Notes under the pieces: model-generated | What the model saw: the letters and a program-made list of their open reading frames with translations, nothing else | Told to the model about the DNA's origin: nothing | The model's database searches: none | In this document: positions 62,988 to 64,000 of the stretch, piece by piece | Numbering within the stretch: the stretch's first letter is position 1 | Layout of the letters: the number at the start of each line of letters is the position of its first letter | Position numbers and translations under genes: made by a program | Assembly (NCBI GenBank): GCA_963662545.2 | Contig: CAXXLL010000003.1 | Span: 1,056,001-1,120,000, forward strand | DNA: 64,000 nt | DNA from: Gammaproteobacteria bacterium | Lineage (GTDB): Bacteria > Pseudomonadota > Gammaproteobacteria > Ga0077536 | Direction of reading: 5' to 3'

Positions 62988-64000
62988 ATGGCAGAAGCTG
63001 CAGTCAAAACCGACATGTTCACCTGGGAAGGTGTCGACAAATCCGGGAAGCGAGTCAAAGGGGAAATGTCGGGGCGCAACGATGCGCTCATCAAAGCACA
63101 GCTTAGGCGTCAGGGCGTCAATCCGCTCAAGGTCAAAAAGAAATCCAAACCACTGTTCGGCGGCGGCGGCTCGATCACAACCAAGGAAATTACCGTTTTC
63201 TCGCGTCAGGTCGCCACCATGATGTCGTCCGGCGTACCGCTGGTACAGTCGTTCGAAATCGTCGGACGCGGTCATGAGAATCCGGCCATGCAGGAACTGA
63301 TCATGACGATCAAGGCCGATGTCGAAGCCGGTGGTAATCTCAACGAAGCATTTGGGAAACACCCCAGACACTTCAGCGAACTTTACGTCAATCTGGTCGA
63401 GGCCGGCGAGCACGCGGGTATTCTCGAAGATATCCTGCACAAGCTCGCAACGTACATGGAAAAGACCGAGGCGTTGAAATCAAAGGTCAAGGGTGCGCTG
63501 TTCTATCCGACCGCCGTAGTCGTCGTTGCCTTCATCATCACCATGATCCTCATGATCTTCGTGATACCGCAGTTCCAGACTCTTTTCGATGGATTCGGCG
63601 CCGACCTGCCCGCACTGACGCAAGTGGTCATCGAGATGTCCAAATGGTTCCAATCCTACTGGTACATTTTGATTGGCGGCATCGTCGGGACAGTCATGGG
63701 CATCATGCAATTGATGAGGCGTTCGAAGAAATTCGCCCATTTCGTCGATCGGCTCATGCTCAAGATGCCCGTGATAGGAGAAATCCTGGACAAGTCGGCG
63801 ATCGCGCGTTTCGCGAGAACCCTGCAGACGATGTTTGCCGCCGGCACGCCGCTGGTCGAAGCGATGACCTCGGTAGCCGGCGCGTGCGGCAATATCGTCT
63901 ACTACGAAGCAGTCATGAAGATGCGCGACGAAGTCGCCACCGGAACGCAAATGCAGGTCGCGATGCGCGATGCCAACATCTTCCCCAACATGGTGATCCA
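62988..64000 (+). CDS. pilC: Type IV pilus inner membrane platform protein PilC (runs off the window edge)
   Basis: FTWEG, FSRQVATMMSSGVPL, AGEHAGIL, KSKVKGALFYP, LPALT. Confidence 0.95.
   Translation, partial: MAEAAVKTDMFTWEGVDKSGKRVKGEMSGRNDALIKAQLRRQGVNPLKVKKKSKPLFGGGGSITTKEITVFSRQVATMMSSGVPLVQSFEIVGRGHENPAMQELIMTIKADVEAGGNLNEAFGKHPRHFSELYVNLVEAGEHAGILEDILHKLATYMEKTEALKSKVKGALFYPTAVVVVAFIITMILMIFVIPQFQTLFDGFGADLPALTQVVIEMSKWFQSYWYILIGGIVGTVMGIMQLMRRSKKFAHFVDRLMLKMPVIGEILDKSAIARFARTLQTMFAAGTPLVEAMTSVAGACGNIVYYEAVMKMRDEVATGTQMQVAMRDANIFPNMVI

Overview
A GC-rich, gene-dense chromosomal window from a gammaproteobacterium. Most of it is housekeeping: hslU/hslV, xerC, dapF, nagZ, rlmD, cysM, leuA, pssA, ilvIHC, proS, hda, purM, trmJ, suhB, sucCD, nadE, bamD, rluD, pgeF, gdh, clpB, plus type IV pilus genes pilA, pilR, pilS, pilB and pilC. 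No rRNA, tRNA, CRISPR array or transposase was seen. Three things stand out. (1) pilA is followed by two tandem TMTC/TfpW-like GT-C membrane glycosyltransferases and a convergent polyprenol-phosphate GT2, a candidate pilin O-glycosylation system. (2) An accessory block interrupts a peptide-ABC/L,D-transpeptidase/nagZ cluster. It holds an ECF sigma factor (frameshifted), a DUF3619-like anti-sigma, a small secreted acidic protein resembling the anti-sigma tail, a DUF3106-like protein and a secreted 11-mer (DRKGDRIDxRL) repeat protein with an ECF-type promoter. (3) A set of TA-flanked palindromic MITE/RPE-like elements sits repeatedly on TAG stop codons; one supplies the ProS C-terminus, is itself nested, and another appears to be read in frame within an ORFan. 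Also present: a 275-bp tandem duplication, an amber-interrupted cupin, a Psd-like protein with Gly-Cys in place of Gly-Ser, and a GDH with an animal-like antenna segment. All family assignments come from motif recognition by eye; no searches were run.
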